Assembly (NCBI GenBank): GCA_964536565.1
Contig: CAZHXK010000001.1
Coordinates: 1-46,502, forward strand
Length of the DNA: 46,502 nucleotides
Source: an uncultured Gammaproteobacteria bacterium
GTDB taxonomy: Bacteria > Patescibacteriota > Patescibacteriia > Magasanikbacterales > GCA-002688135
Direction of reading: 5' to 3'
Both the position numbers and the translations under genes were made by a program. The notes below the pieces were generated by a model, which was not told the DNA's origin, made no database searches, and saw only the letters and a program-made list of their open reading frames with translations. Positions 8,084-16,736 of the stretch are shown piece by piece (position 1 is the stretch's first letter; every line of letters begins with the position of its first letter).

Positions 8084-9754
8084 ATGAGCAGAACTGCACG
8101 TCGACGTTTGATTGTTCTAAGTATCTCAGCATGTTTCACTCTTGCGAGCTTTGTCAGTATGTATGTACTGGCTCGAAACGCACGAAGCAGCGAGTGGAGC
8201 GAGAAAGTCCAACCACATGACATGAGCGAGCGCTGGGGAATTATTCTAGCACTCAGCGAGTGTCTGGATCCTGAAAATGACCGATGTCGACATATGCCTA
8301 ACTTTATTCCGCAGTCACTGTGGGATAACGAAGCATGTGCGGCTTTGGTCCATAATACACTCAACTTTATTTTTGGTGAGGATGTGTTCGCGAATGCGAA
8401 TGCGTGGACCTTTGCCAAGGTAAACGAGGACTTAATGACTTTGGTCTATGATCGTCAACATGACTTTGAAATTGACGGCGATCGTATCAAAGAGATCAAA
8501 GACGGTGGGTTTGTACTCTCCAAACTCCTGAGCCGTGACGATGTGTATGTCATTGGTTATCACTACCATGACACACGCTCTGATACGAAGATTATCGCTG
8601 CAGATGAGTATTGGAACTCTCACGTCATGCTGTTGCTTCCACGAAAGTCATCCGGCTGGTGGGGCTTTCACCTCGTTCATATGGGCGATGAGAATCCGAT
8701 TCGAATCGATCGTATCGATGAAATGCCAAAGTTGTTTGATCTAATGTACATCTGGCGCATTGAAAATATTATTCGTCCGGAACACGTCGATGAAGTCATT
8801 CTCCACCATAATACACTCCCCTACAAAACTGCTGTGAAGTGGTTGCGTCTGAGTGGATATGCAGAACGAGTGAGTTCATATATCGATACGATCGCCATGT
8901 GGGCTGCAAACTCCTATCATGGAACTGAGCAGTATCCCCGCGTCGTCCTTCGCAATAACTCAACACCACTTCCGGTCGTCGACCCTACTGATTCCAACGG
9001 ATGTTCACACAATGACGTACTCGGTTTTTTCCATGGCGAAGCGATTCGCTGTCATAGTGAAAAAAGCTCTCGAGGTCCGTATGGTCTAGAGAACCAGTGC
9101 GTTGAGTTTGTGAATCGATTTCTTGCTCGACATCTCGGGTACAAAAATCTCACGCGGACAGGTCATGCATACTCATACTACACACGCGCAAAGGTGAAAG
9201 GCCTGAGGCGATACCCGCAAGGAGGCCGTGTTAAGCCGCAACCATATGATCTTCTTATTCTGCGTAAGCAGGATGGTGGATTCGGTCATGTATCCGTTGT
9301 TTCATCTGTGACTGACGCGCAGGTATGCGTTGTACAGCAAAACACTCATCCGAAATTTGAACCATGGCACACATGCTACCGTCTTGTTTCGGACAGCAAT
9401 CGATATCGTATCGAAGGGACGTTTTTGCCAGTACTCGGCTGGTCGAGACTTCCCAAAAAATTTCTTGAGCAGGAGAGATCTGATGAAAAAGGCAATGCGA
9501 GTTCTATTTCTGGTAGCGTGTCTGGTACTTCTTACAGGAGGCGGTGGCGGCTACAGCGGAGACGCGGGTGGCTGCGACTGCCAAATGACACCAAGCCCAC
9601 GCTCGTCGATTCCATAAAGGTTTCACACGGAGACAAGCTTCTCCCCCTCGTTTCATCGCATCACGCGGACCTACATGCAACACTGGATTGTAATCCAGAG
9701 CTGCACTCGGTGCATCGTATTTACGTCAATCAAGTGCTGACTCTCTGTAAATAA
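8084..9754 (+). CDS. membrane-anchored cell-wall hydrolase: N-terminal Cys/His region, CHAP domain, LysM-like C-terminus
   Basis: AGGAGG at 8074-8079 precedes the start, and the N-terminus is a TM anchor. CHAP motifs are QCVEFVNRF and GGFGHVSVV. The last ~45 aa (IKVSHGDKLLPLVSSHHADLHATLDCNPELHSVHRIYVNQVLTL) fit the LysM pattern. The Arg-rich linker at about 9500-9590 is suspicious (see findings). Confidence 0.75.
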   Translation: MSRTARRRLIVLSISACFTLASFVSMYVLARNARSSEWSEKVQPHDMSERWGIILALSECLDPENDRCRHMPNFIPQSLWDNEACAALVHNTLNFIFGEDVFANANAWTFAKVNEDLMTLVYDRQHDFEIDGDRIKEIKDGGFVLSKLLSRDDVYVIGYHYHDTRSDTKIIAADEYWNSHVMLLLPRKSSGWWGFHLVHMGDENPIRIDRIDEMPKLFDLMYIWRIENIIRPEHVDEVILHHNTLPYKTAVKWLRLSGYAERVSSYIDTIAMWAANSYHGTEQYPRVVLRNNSTPLPVVDPTDSNGCSHNDVLGFFHGEAIRCHSEKSSRGPYGLENQCVEFVNRFLARHLGYKNLTRTGHAYSYYTRAKVKGLRRYPQGGRVKPQPYDLLILRKQDGGFGHVSVVSSVTDAQVCVVQQNTHPKFEPWHTCYRLVSDSNRYRIEGTFLPVLGWSRLPKKFLEQERSDEKGNASSISGSVSGTSYRRRWRLQRRRGWLRLPNDTKPTLVDSIKVSHGDKLLPLVSSHHADLHATLDCNPELHSVHRIYVNQVLTLCK

Positions 9755-9788
9755 AAACACCCTCGACCAATGGTCGGGGGATTTTTTT
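9753..9788. terminator. bidirectional intrinsic terminator
   Basis: A-run, CCCTCGACC-aat-GGTCGGGGG, then T-run. It sits between convergent genes. Confidence 0.7.
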
Positions 9789-10320
9789 AATCTTCAGGTT
9801 TGCACAAGCCGTATTCTACAGCTTCACGTAGATCCAATCTGTAATTCCGACTGCAAAAATTACTAAAAACCTCTGCAGTCATCTTTCCTTCACAGTGCCT
9901 AACGAGAATTTCTTGCATCTTCTTTTGCATTTCCTGCATTTCATGGGCGTCTCGCATGAGGTCAGCAGCAGTCGCAGTTACACCTCTTTCATAGCGCCTT
10001 CTCAGATCATGAAATTCAAACATGATGTTGGGGCCAGCATAGCGTCTGTCCCCAGCCATAAGGATAATGAGTCCGGCTGATGACACCTCACCCGCAGCAT
10101 GAAACACCAGTCGTGGTGTTTTGAGTATCGTTTTCACTGTATCGTAAAAAGCTAACGCAGCACTCATACTTCCCCCACCAGTTGTCAGAATGATGTGTAA
10201 ATCATGACTAGGTCTGGAACGCTCATGCTGTACAACCTTCCGTAACGCAGCATCAACGCCCTCGTCATCAATGTGTCCTTCCCAAATGTAATGCTGATGT
10301 CTTTGTAAATCGATACTCAT
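9787..10320 (-). CDS. ClpP/S14-family serine protease-like protein (divergent, orphan)
   Basis: Hand alignment to ClpP: ILTTGGGSMSAALAFYDT (INSPGG..YDT), AAGEVSSAGLIILMAG (GQAASMG, Ser), FEFHDL (IHQP, His), and C-terminal EAVEYGL identical to ClpP. Start taken at the ATG after AGGAG, because the longer ORF start lies inside the -10 element. Confidence 0.75.
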   Translation of the reverse strand: MSIDLQRHQHYIWEGHIDDEGVDAALRKVVQHERSRPSHDLHIILTTGGGSMSAALAFYDTVKTILKTPRLVFHAAGEVSSAGLIILMAGDRRYAGPNIMFEFHDLRRRYERGVTATAADLMRDAHEMQEMQKKMQEILVRHCEGKMTAEVFSNFCSRNYRLDLREAVEYGLCKPED

Positions 10321-10355
10321 GTATACTCCTGTGTTTTGGTAAAGATCGTGTGAGG

Positions 10356-10384
10356 ACATTAGCATCTATACACCCCCCTGTCAA
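10356..10384 (-). promoter_or_regulatory. sigma70-type promoter of the ClpP-like gene
   Basis: Minus strand: TTGACA (10384-10379), 17 nt spacer, TAATGT (10361-10356). Confidence 0.6.
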
Positions 10385-10401
10385 TACAGACACTCGTGTA
10401 A

Positions 10402-10432
10402 TAAAAAAACCGAAGGGATTACCCTTCGGTGC
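10402..10432 (-). terminator. intrinsic terminator
   Basis: Minus strand: ACCGAAGGG-taat-CCCTTCGGT followed by T7. Confidence 0.75.
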
Positions 10433-10438
10433 GTGATT

Positions 10439-10900
10439 CTAGTCCTGTAGCGCCATCATCAGCGACGCAATTGAGTCTTCTAACCGAATGACGGACCGTT
10501 TCAGTTCATCATCCTTATGTGTCTCAGGCAGCCCCACAGAAACTCCCTTTTCATGGACTCGCGCAGCGGCGTCTGGCGTCAATTGCCAACGCTCATCCTC
10601 CGAATGTGCGATATCGTGGAGCTGTGCAAGTGAGTCAATGGTTATCGTACTGATCACACCACCTTCATCTACATAGTGATAATGACCATCGCACATCACC
10701 ACATCTGCGATCGACTCAGGAACCCCCAGCGCGACCACATCAGCGAACAGCTCTTCCGAACGTCCCTGTGAAATCAAGTTTGACTTGACCCCATCAGCAA
10801 GGAACATACGAGCAAACGACAGAGAAGGCAGTCGTATTGAAATGATCGATGCAGCATGAAGCTCTGCAATTGGTTTCTCTGCGCTCCCAACCGCTTTCAT
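10439..10900 (-). CDS. hypothetical protein, two copies of the ~65-aa module shared with the two upstream genes
   Basis: 153-codon ORF with an ATGA overlap to the upstream gene. The GVPES...VVMCDGH segment aligns with GLIES...IMMCPH of 11706-12473. Confidence 0.65.
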   Translation of the reverse strand: MKAVGSAEKPIAELHAASIISIRLPSLSFARMFLADGVKSNLISQGRSEELFADVVALGVPESIADVVMCDGHYHYVDEGGVISTITIDSLAQLHDIAHSEDERWQLTPDAAARVHEKGVSVGLPETHKDDELKRSVIRLEDSIASLMMALQD

Positions 10901-11589
10901 GTGATAGAGCCAACGCCAGTAAGCTTTCCTTCTTGATGCATCTCGCTAAGCTGCACCATCAGCCGGGCCCGATCATCATCATTGAAGATGGTCTTCAGTG
11001 AATCTCCACCCATGATAGCCGAGTATCCGATATCAAATGAATCGAATTCTCCGCAGAGGTTACCTGCGTAATCGAACAATCCGGCACTACCCTCGAGACA
11101 CTCCACTCGAGATAGATCCTCCGGGAGATCGGAACTGTTAATCGCCTCTGTAACCTCTTGCGTGAAGGCAGGATGCACTCGGTTCAACTGAACCGCTTGC
11201 GTGATCAGATCGATCGCGTGTCGCTTGCTTGCCACTTCCAAGATGAAACCAGCAATACTCAGCTCTGCAATCACACCACCACACCTCGCTACGCGCTCTG
11301 TCATCCGAAAGGCAGACCTTGTACCGAGCAACTTCTCGCAGCCCTGAACTTGAGACCGAACGTGTATCGCGTCATCAGCATCCATCTGTGCGCGACGAAC
11401 CAGACCATCCAGAAGCAGCACACACTGCTCCTTGGTAGTCACCTCGGAAATGAACCGACCCTGTTGATCGAAGACGTGTCCGAACGGAACCACTCCATCC
11501 AAAAACCCTACGAACTCCATAAGTTCATCGTGTTCCTTATCAGCCTGAACAGCCGGCATCTCTCCCACAAACTGATAGCGTGCTCGCAT
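10897..11589 (-). CDS. hypothetical protein, three copies of the ~65-aa module
   Basis: AAGGAGAAG SD precedes the ATG at 11589. The N-terminal module aligns by hand with 11706-12473 (shared KEQ, R, HV..Q, C..LL.T positions). Confidence 0.7.
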   Translation of the reverse strand: MRARYQFVGEMPAVQADKEHDELMEFVGFLDGVVPFGHVFDQQGRFISEVTTKEQCVLLLDGLVRRAQMDADDAIHVRSQVQGCEKLLGTRSAFRMTERVARCGGVIAELSIAGFILEVASKRHAIDLITQAVQLNRVHPAFTQEVTEAINSSDLPEDLSRVECLEGSAGLFDYAGNLCGEFDSFDIGYSAIMGGDSLKTIFNDDDRARLMVQLSEMHQEGKLTGVGSIT

Positions 11590-11678
11590 AACTTCTCCTT
11601 GTAATGATCGACTCTCGTGGCCCACCTTGGGCCACCAAACGCAAATAGCATATAGCACGTGCCCCGATATGTCAACAT

Positions 11679-11704
11679 TAAAAAATCGCCTGAATTAGGC
11701 GATG
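11679..11704 (-). terminator. intrinsic terminator
   Basis: Minus strand: ATCGCCT-aattca-GGCGAT followed by T-run. It is immediately followed by TTGACA (11675-11670) of the next promoter. Confidence 0.65.
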
Positions 11705-11705
11705 T

Positions 11706-12473
11706 TTAGTGTACGAGTTCGGGGAAAAGCCCCATATCCTTTCCATGTGCCCAGAGATAGGATGGATCACTTGCGTGTTTCTCTGGAAGTTCCGACACCG
11801 TAATTTCTTCCTTAATGCGAGGAAATGCTCCTGCGAGCAGCAACTCCTGCTGAACCGCATAGTTCAGCTGGTCCATTGCCTGCCGCTTCGATCGCACTCG
11901 CAGTAGCGGGTTTGTACCCTGACGTTTATCCGGGATGATGACGAATATCTCCTCCTGTGTTCCTACTGCCTGAGCTCGGCATAGTCGTGCAACCGACATA
12001 AGCAAACCACTCTGCATGATGTCGCTTTCAATACCGCGTGCCCACTGTTCGTGCATGACGTGCTCCACAACAGCATTCTTAACAACACTCAGCGCATATT
12101 GCTTCGACATCACACCAGTGATACGACGTCCATTCAGATATAATGTCATTGATGGTGCGCCGTATAGCTCTTTGTCGTTCACAACCACTCGGCTTATCGT
12201 GTCGAGTAGATGCGGACACATCATAATTTGTGTCATGACGTGTGGCATATCTCCGGATTCAATCAGTCCGTCCCTGAGAAATCGTTCGCATAAAATTGCG
12301 CCCTGCTCTTTGCTCAGCACCAGACCCTTTTGCACGCCATTCACATACACATACCCGTATCCAACTGGATCAGCCAGTATACCAGACCGCTCAATCAGAT
12401 CGACAATCTCAGCTTTTGTATCTTTTGAAATGTTCCCACAAAACTCATAGTATATTTTCTGAATAGCTCCCAT
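11706..12473 (-). CDS. hypothetical protein, three copies of the ~65-aa module
   Basis: 255-codon ORF. Internal repeats each contain ...NG...G..SK.QA......AV... followed by a helical stretch ending in LL. Confidence 0.7.
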   Translation of the reverse strand: MGAIQKIYYEFCGNISKDTKAEIVDLIERSGILADPVGYGYVYVNGVQKGLVLSKEQGAILCERFLRDGLIESGDMPHVMTQIMMCPHLLDTISRVVVNDKELYGAPSMTLYLNGRRITGVMSKQYALSVVKNAVVEHVMHEQWARGIESDIMQSGLLMSVARLCRAQAVGTQEEIFVIIPDKRQGTNPLLRVRSKRQAMDQLNYAVQQELLLAGAFPRIKEEITVSELPEKHASDPSYLWAHGKDMGLFPELVH

Positions 12474-12529
12474 CTCACCTCCCTTGTTTAAAGATCAACA
12501 ATGCAGAATACCGAAATCACACTCGCATG

Positions 12530-13258
12530 TCAAGAGGTTGGCTTTTCCGCCTCAACAAATACATTGTGCCCCACCTGTTGATTCGCTCGCTTTCGATTTT
12601 TTATGTAGTGACATTTTTTTATCTTAAAACCTGCTTTCTCAACAAGTGCTTTCAATTCGTCTTTCTCAAACACGTGTACATAACGATTCATTAAAAGTTT
12701 TCCTGTGCTGTCATACCACGGGATCGTATGGTCAGACTTTTCTAAATCCTCATCTGTAAACTTAAGTCTTTTCTTGTAATAGTTTGCTCGCAAATTCCAT
12801 GTTGTCATGATCGCTGTGCCACCAGGCTTGAGCACTCGAAATATTTCATCAATTGCCTTCTGCTGAAACTTTTCTGATGGTATGTGATGGAGCGCCGCCA
12901 GACAGAATACTGCATCAAAATAGTTTTCTTTACATGGAATATCGAGAAGGTTTGCAGCCACGAACTTTGCACCATCCATCGCATATTGATCTTTCGCTGC
13001 CTCTATGATAGTCTCGCTTTGATCCATACCGATGTAATCGGCACTTTTTTTCAGGACATAGGGCGCAAAACGACCCGACCCACAGCCGAGATCCAAGACC
13101 ATTCCTTTGTATGGAACATATTGAGCAAACAACTCTGCATCTGCCCAAAACTTCGTACGTGTTTCTTTAAAGTGACCGACGATGTTATCGTAGCCAATGC
13201 GTGTTTGTTCTACAATTTTTTCAGCTTCCTTTTGATTCATATTGAATTCGTATTTCAT
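12530..13258 (-). CDS. class I SAM-dependent methyltransferase, Trm9/ALKBH8-MTase-like
   Basis: SAM motif VLDLGCGSGRF. Also FDAVFCLAALHHIPSEKFQQKAIDEIFRVLKPGGTAIMTTW and IPW....RYVHVFEKDELKALVEKAGF, which match the Trm9 pattern. The start is ambiguous among 13240, 13258 and 13273. Confidence 0.75.
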   Translation of the reverse strand: MKYEFNMNQKEAEKIVEQTRIGYDNIVGHFKETRTKFWADAELFAQYVPYKGMVLDLGCGSGRFAPYVLKKSADYIGMDQSETIIEAAKDQYAMDGAKFVAANLLDIPCKENYFDAVFCLAALHHIPSEKFQQKAIDEIFRVLKPGGTAIMTTWNLRANYYKKRLKFTDEDLEKSDHTIPWYDSTGKLLMNRYVHVFEKDELKALVEKAGFKIKKCHYIKNRKRANQQVGHNVFVEAEKPTS

Positions 13259-15005
13259 GAACTCTACCAACAAAGCAATTATTACTCAATTGTGTGCGAC
13301 TTACCCTCGCGATTTTAATGATGTAAATAAAGTTAAACGTGCAGTACTGCGCGCAGCGGGCGGGACACAGCCTACAAAATCTGACCTTCTCAAAGCATAC
13401 AGAGAAATGCTTGCTGATGGAGATATTGAGCAATCCGATGTGATTGAGCGATTACTTCAGCGCGGACACATTCGCTCTCTATCTGGTGTTTCGGTTATTA
13501 CTGTTTTGACCAAGCCATATGCCTGCCCCGGTAAGTGTGTGTACTGCCCAACCGAATCCATCATGCCAAAAAGTTATCTTTCAAATGAGCCGGCTGCCCA
13601 ACGCGCTCTGCGAAATAAGTTCGACCCCTGGCTTCAAATTTCAAATCGTATTTGCATGCTTGAGGGAAATGGCCATTCGGTTGATAAGGTTGAGATGATT
13701 GTGAAGGGTGGTACATGGAACGCATATCGGTATGATTATCAGCTATGGTTTATTCGCAGATGCTATGAAGCGTGTAATCGATATGGAACCGAAGACGCCA
13801 ATCTTCCTGATGACCGAGCAGATTTTAAGATGAAGGAGATTGACCCTGAAACAACGTTTACAAACGTGAGTTCTTTGGAGGTTATTGATGCTCCCAAAGC
13901 AACAACAGCCGAGGATATTCAAGCTTCTATTGAGATCGAAAAAAAGCGATTAGCCGAGGCGATTAAAATAAATGAAACTGCAAAATATAGAATCATCGGC
14001 TTAACACTAGAGACGCGCCCTGACTGGATTCGGCCCGAAGAAGTCGCCCGCATGCGCGAGATGGGATGTACACGACTCGAGGTTGGCCTCCAGCACACCG
14101 ATGATGAGGTGTTGAAATTGATTAAACGTGGACACACCGTGCAGCAATTTAAAGATGGAATTTCTCTCCTGCGCGATGCTGGATTTAAAGTTGATTTGCA
14201 TACAATGCCACACCTACCAGGCGCGACACCAGAATCAGATATCGAGATGTATGATATTTTGTTTAATGACCCTGGTCTGCGTCCGGACATGATTAAAATC
14301 TATCCATGTACGGTCGTTCCACTTTCAGAATTGCAGGATTGGTTTGATGAAGGAAAGTTCGTGCCCTATCCACTCGAAGAATTAACTCGCGTCTTGAAAG
14401 AAGCAAAAAAACGCGTTCCACGATACTGTCGTATTTCTCGTTTGATTCGAGACATTCCTTCAGACTCAATCACCGCAGGAAACAAAGTAACGAACCTGCG
14501 CGAGATGTTGCAGAAAGACATGGAAGCCGAAGGTCAGACATGCGTGTGTTTACGCTGTCGTGAATATGGTCGGTCTTCAAAAAAATATGACGACCTGCTG
14601 AAGGAAGAACCACAGCTTTTTATTGAAGAATACGAAGCTGGTAATGGAACTGAATATTTCCTGAGCTATGAAGATCCTCAGCGTCGATGCGTGTTCGCGT
14701 TCTTGCGACTTCGCCTCCCCTCTTCTCAGGACGAAAGAGTCACCACACTCATGCCTGAAATTAAGGACTGCGCATTTGTACGTGAGTTACACACATATGG
14801 ACATCTCGTGAAGATTGATGCTGCCGCACGTACATCCGATGTCCAACACAAAGGATTCGGGAAAAAACTTATGGCAGCTTCTGAAAAAATTGCCAAAGAA
14901 AATGGATTCAAAACGATGGCCGTTATTTCTGGTGTCGGTGTTCGTGAGTACTATAAGAAAATTGGATATCATCTCGGTGATACGTACATGCTTAAGGACT
15001 TGTAA
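13257..15005 (+). CDS. elp3: Elp3-type radical SAM + GNAT tRNA uridine(34) modification enzyme
   Basis: Radical-SAM cluster motif KPYACPGKCVYCP, followed by SYLSNEPAAQRA and DKVEMIVKGGTWNAY. The C-terminal GNAT has HKGFGKKLMAASEKIA and ISGVGVREYYKKIGY. An alternative TTG start lies at 13242. Confidence 0.9.
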   Translation: MNSTNKAIITQLCATYPRDFNDVNKVKRAVLRAAGGTQPTKSDLLKAYREMLADGDIEQSDVIERLLQRGHIRSLSGVSVITVLTKPYACPGKCVYCPTESIMPKSYLSNEPAAQRALRNKFDPWLQISNRICMLEGNGHSVDKVEMIVKGGTWNAYRYDYQLWFIRRCYEACNRYGTEDANLPDDRADFKMKEIDPETTFTNVSSLEVIDAPKATTAEDIQASIEIEKKRLAEAIKINETAKYRIIGLTLETRPDWIRPEEVARMREMGCTRLEVGLQHTDDEVLKLIKRGHTVQQFKDGISLLRDAGFKVDLHTMPHLPGATPESDIEMYDILFNDPGLRPDMIKIYPCTVVPLSELQDWFDEGKFVPYPLEELTRVLKEAKKRVPRYCRISRLIRDIPSDSITAGNKVTNLREMLQKDMEAEGQTCVCLRCREYGRSSKKYDDLLKEEPQLFIEEYEAGNGTEYFLSYEDPQRRCVFAFLRLRLPSSQDERVTTLMPEIKDCAFVRELHTYGHLVKIDAAARTSDVQHKGFGKKLMAASEKIAKENGFKTMAVISGVGVREYYKKIGYHLGDTYMLKDL

Positions 15006-15057
15006 CCGACCGTCATCAGCCTACCCAAAACTGCGTTCGTGTGCGCGGTTTTCTTAT

Positions 15058-15082
15058 ACAAAAAAACGCCCGTGTCGGGCGC
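15058..15082 (-). terminator. intrinsic terminator
   Basis: Minus strand: GCGCCCGACACGGGCG followed by T7. Confidence 0.7.
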
Positions 15083-15087
15083 AAATA

Positions 15088-15918
15088 TCATGTTTCCAAA
15101 TATGCTTCCTCGTAGAATGTCCTATTCCAGTACTTTCGTTGCCATCCATCGTGAGTAGGCAAATCCTTGCTCCATTCGTACCTCGAGACTCCGCAATTAC
15201 TAATTGCAAATGCCTTGTCTTCACGATTCAGATCCTCAATAGTCTGCTTTGCGGTAAGATGCTCAAGTGATCGTCGCAGCCACATGATCGATGCAAGGTG
15301 ACCAATCACCATCACATCTTTATCGTGATAATGCCGCGTGAAAATACGCTGTAAAAATCCATCGAGTCGACGTACGACCTGCCAATGCGACTCACCCGTG
15401 TGCGTCGGCCCGTCTATCGCCGGATCACCCGTCTGCAAACCCTTCCGCCGAAACTTTGTATAATCACGATGCTTCAGTTCAAGTAGCAACCGCAGTCGCT
15501 CGAACTGCATGTTCCATGTCTCAGGCCTGCCTTTGTCCAGCCACTGAACGCCGTCCCCTTGATACCGCTCGGCGAGCGCATGAGACTCTTTGCAGTATCG
15601 CTTCATACGCTTCAATACGCGAGGACTACTTTCCCAGCCCGACAACAGCAGTTCAATGGTCTGGATCACACGATCCCACGGACTGTAGAAAATTGCATCG
15701 AATCCGTTTGGCTGCATTTCGGCCAAACCCTTACTTGTAGCAATAGCCTGCTCAACGCCCGCAGGTGTTAAACCGACATGCTGCTCCTCAACACCGATAA
15801 TTTGTTTAGGCACATGACTCACATCTTTAAAACGCAAGTCATTTTGATAGGCAATGTCCCACCAGTACTCTGCATGTCTTACTACAGTAATGGAACGTGG
15901 CCGAAACATATTAAGCAT
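15088..15918 (-). CDS. histidine phosphatase (phosphoglycerate mutase-like) family protein
   Basis: GAGGAGGG SD precedes the ATG at 15918. The N-terminal RHAE motif (ITVVRHAEY) and a second His context (VIGHLASIMWL) are present. Confidence 0.75.
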   Translation of the reverse strand: MLNMFRPRSITVVRHAEYWWDIAYQNDLRFKDVSHVPKQIIGVEEQHVGLTPAGVEQAIATSKGLAEMQPNGFDAIFYSPWDRVIQTIELLLSGWESSPRVLKRMKRYCKESHALAERYQGDGVQWLDKGRPETWNMQFERLRLLLELKHRDYTKFRRKGLQTGDPAIDGPTHTGESHWQVVRRLDGFLQRIFTRHYHDKDVMVIGHLASIMWLRRSLEHLTAKQTIEDLNREDKAFAISNCGVSRYEWSKDLPTHDGWQRKYWNRTFYEEAYLET

Positions 15919-16001
15919 GCTTCCCTCCTCTGAGTGCAATGAACAAGGGAAGACAGTATCATAGCTCATACAGCATGTCAAAACCCCATTCCCATCACAT
16001 A

Positions 16002-16433
16002 CTAAGCACGATTTCCTAATATTTGAATTAATTTTGCAGCATTACTGGTTCCTATCATAAGCGTCGAACCATCCGACTTCTCAATGAGAACTGCATCTCG
16101 TCCAGTAATATTATAGAGCCACCCACGTCGTGTGTAATGAATTCCCCATCCTTCGATGATTTTAGTTTTCGTTTTTTTGATACCTTTGATATCAGATCGC
16201 GAGATACTTCGTTTAATAATAGGTATCGGACCGAAATGCCACTTCAATTCATATTGATCAATCTCGATAGTGAGTGTAGAAAAGATAGATGTCAGCATCA
16301 GAAATAATATCCCCTCACTGAGTAGGATATACAATCCGTCTTCAGCAAAAGGCGCTGCAACCAGCATGCCTACTCCCAAAATGAGCAGTATGGTTCCAGT
16401 AACATACCCAATTTGTGTGTGTTTGTACTCCAT
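16002..16433 (-). CDS. small membrane protein
   Basis: Two N-terminal TM helices followed by a basic soluble domain. No family recognised. Confidence 0.65.
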   Translation of the reverse strand: MEYKHTQIGYVTGTILLILGVGMLVAAPFAEDGLYILLSEGILFLMLTSIFSTLTIEIDQYELKWHFGPIPIIKRSISRSDIKGIKKTKTKIIEGWGIHYTRRGWLYNITGRDAVLIEKSDGSTLMIGTSNAAKLIQILGNRA

Positions 16434-16535
16434 AAAACGATATATTGACTACAATGCGCTCATATAGTATTCTACTGCCACGATCGATGAAAGTCATGCG
16501 GACACGATTTCGATTATTTCTACAATTAACACCAT

Positions 16536-16608
16536 GCGGGTGTGGTATAGTGGCTTATTATTTCTGCCTTCCAAGCAGACGATGCGGGTTCGATTCCCGC
16601 CACCCGCT
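16536..16608 (+). tRNA. tRNA-Gly (anticodon UCC)
   Basis: Acceptor GCGGGTG/CACCCGC, anticodon stem TCTGC/GCAGA with loop CTTCCAA, T arm GCGGG-TTCGATT-CCCGC. The D stem is weak and AT-rich. TTGACT at 16445-16450 lies upstream. Confidence 0.9.
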
Positions 16609-16614
16609 AGCAAA

Positions 16615-16640
16615 GGATTCACCGAAAGGTGGATTTTTTG
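16615..16640 (+). terminator. intrinsic terminator after tRNA-Gly
   Basis: ATTCACC-gaaa-GGTGGAT followed by T6. Confidence 0.7.
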
Positions 16641-16736
16641 TTTGGTTTGTTTAAAATTCTTCTCGCGTAGTGATGTCTGTATCAAAAAACCACCCCGATT
16701 ATGCCGTAGCATGTGTCGTGAGTGGCTCTTAGAACG

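Noticed and set aside
8053-8418. 121-aa minus-strand ORF at the 5' end of the CHAP gene.
   Set aside because: It is antisense to a supported gene and crosses its promoter and SD, with no signals of its own.
9787-12473. Prophage remnant, with the ClpP-like protein as a prohead protease.
   Set aside because: No portal, capsid, terminase, integrase or att-like repeats were recognised nearby. Each gene has host-type consensus promoter and terminator signals. It is kept as an unexplained module instead.
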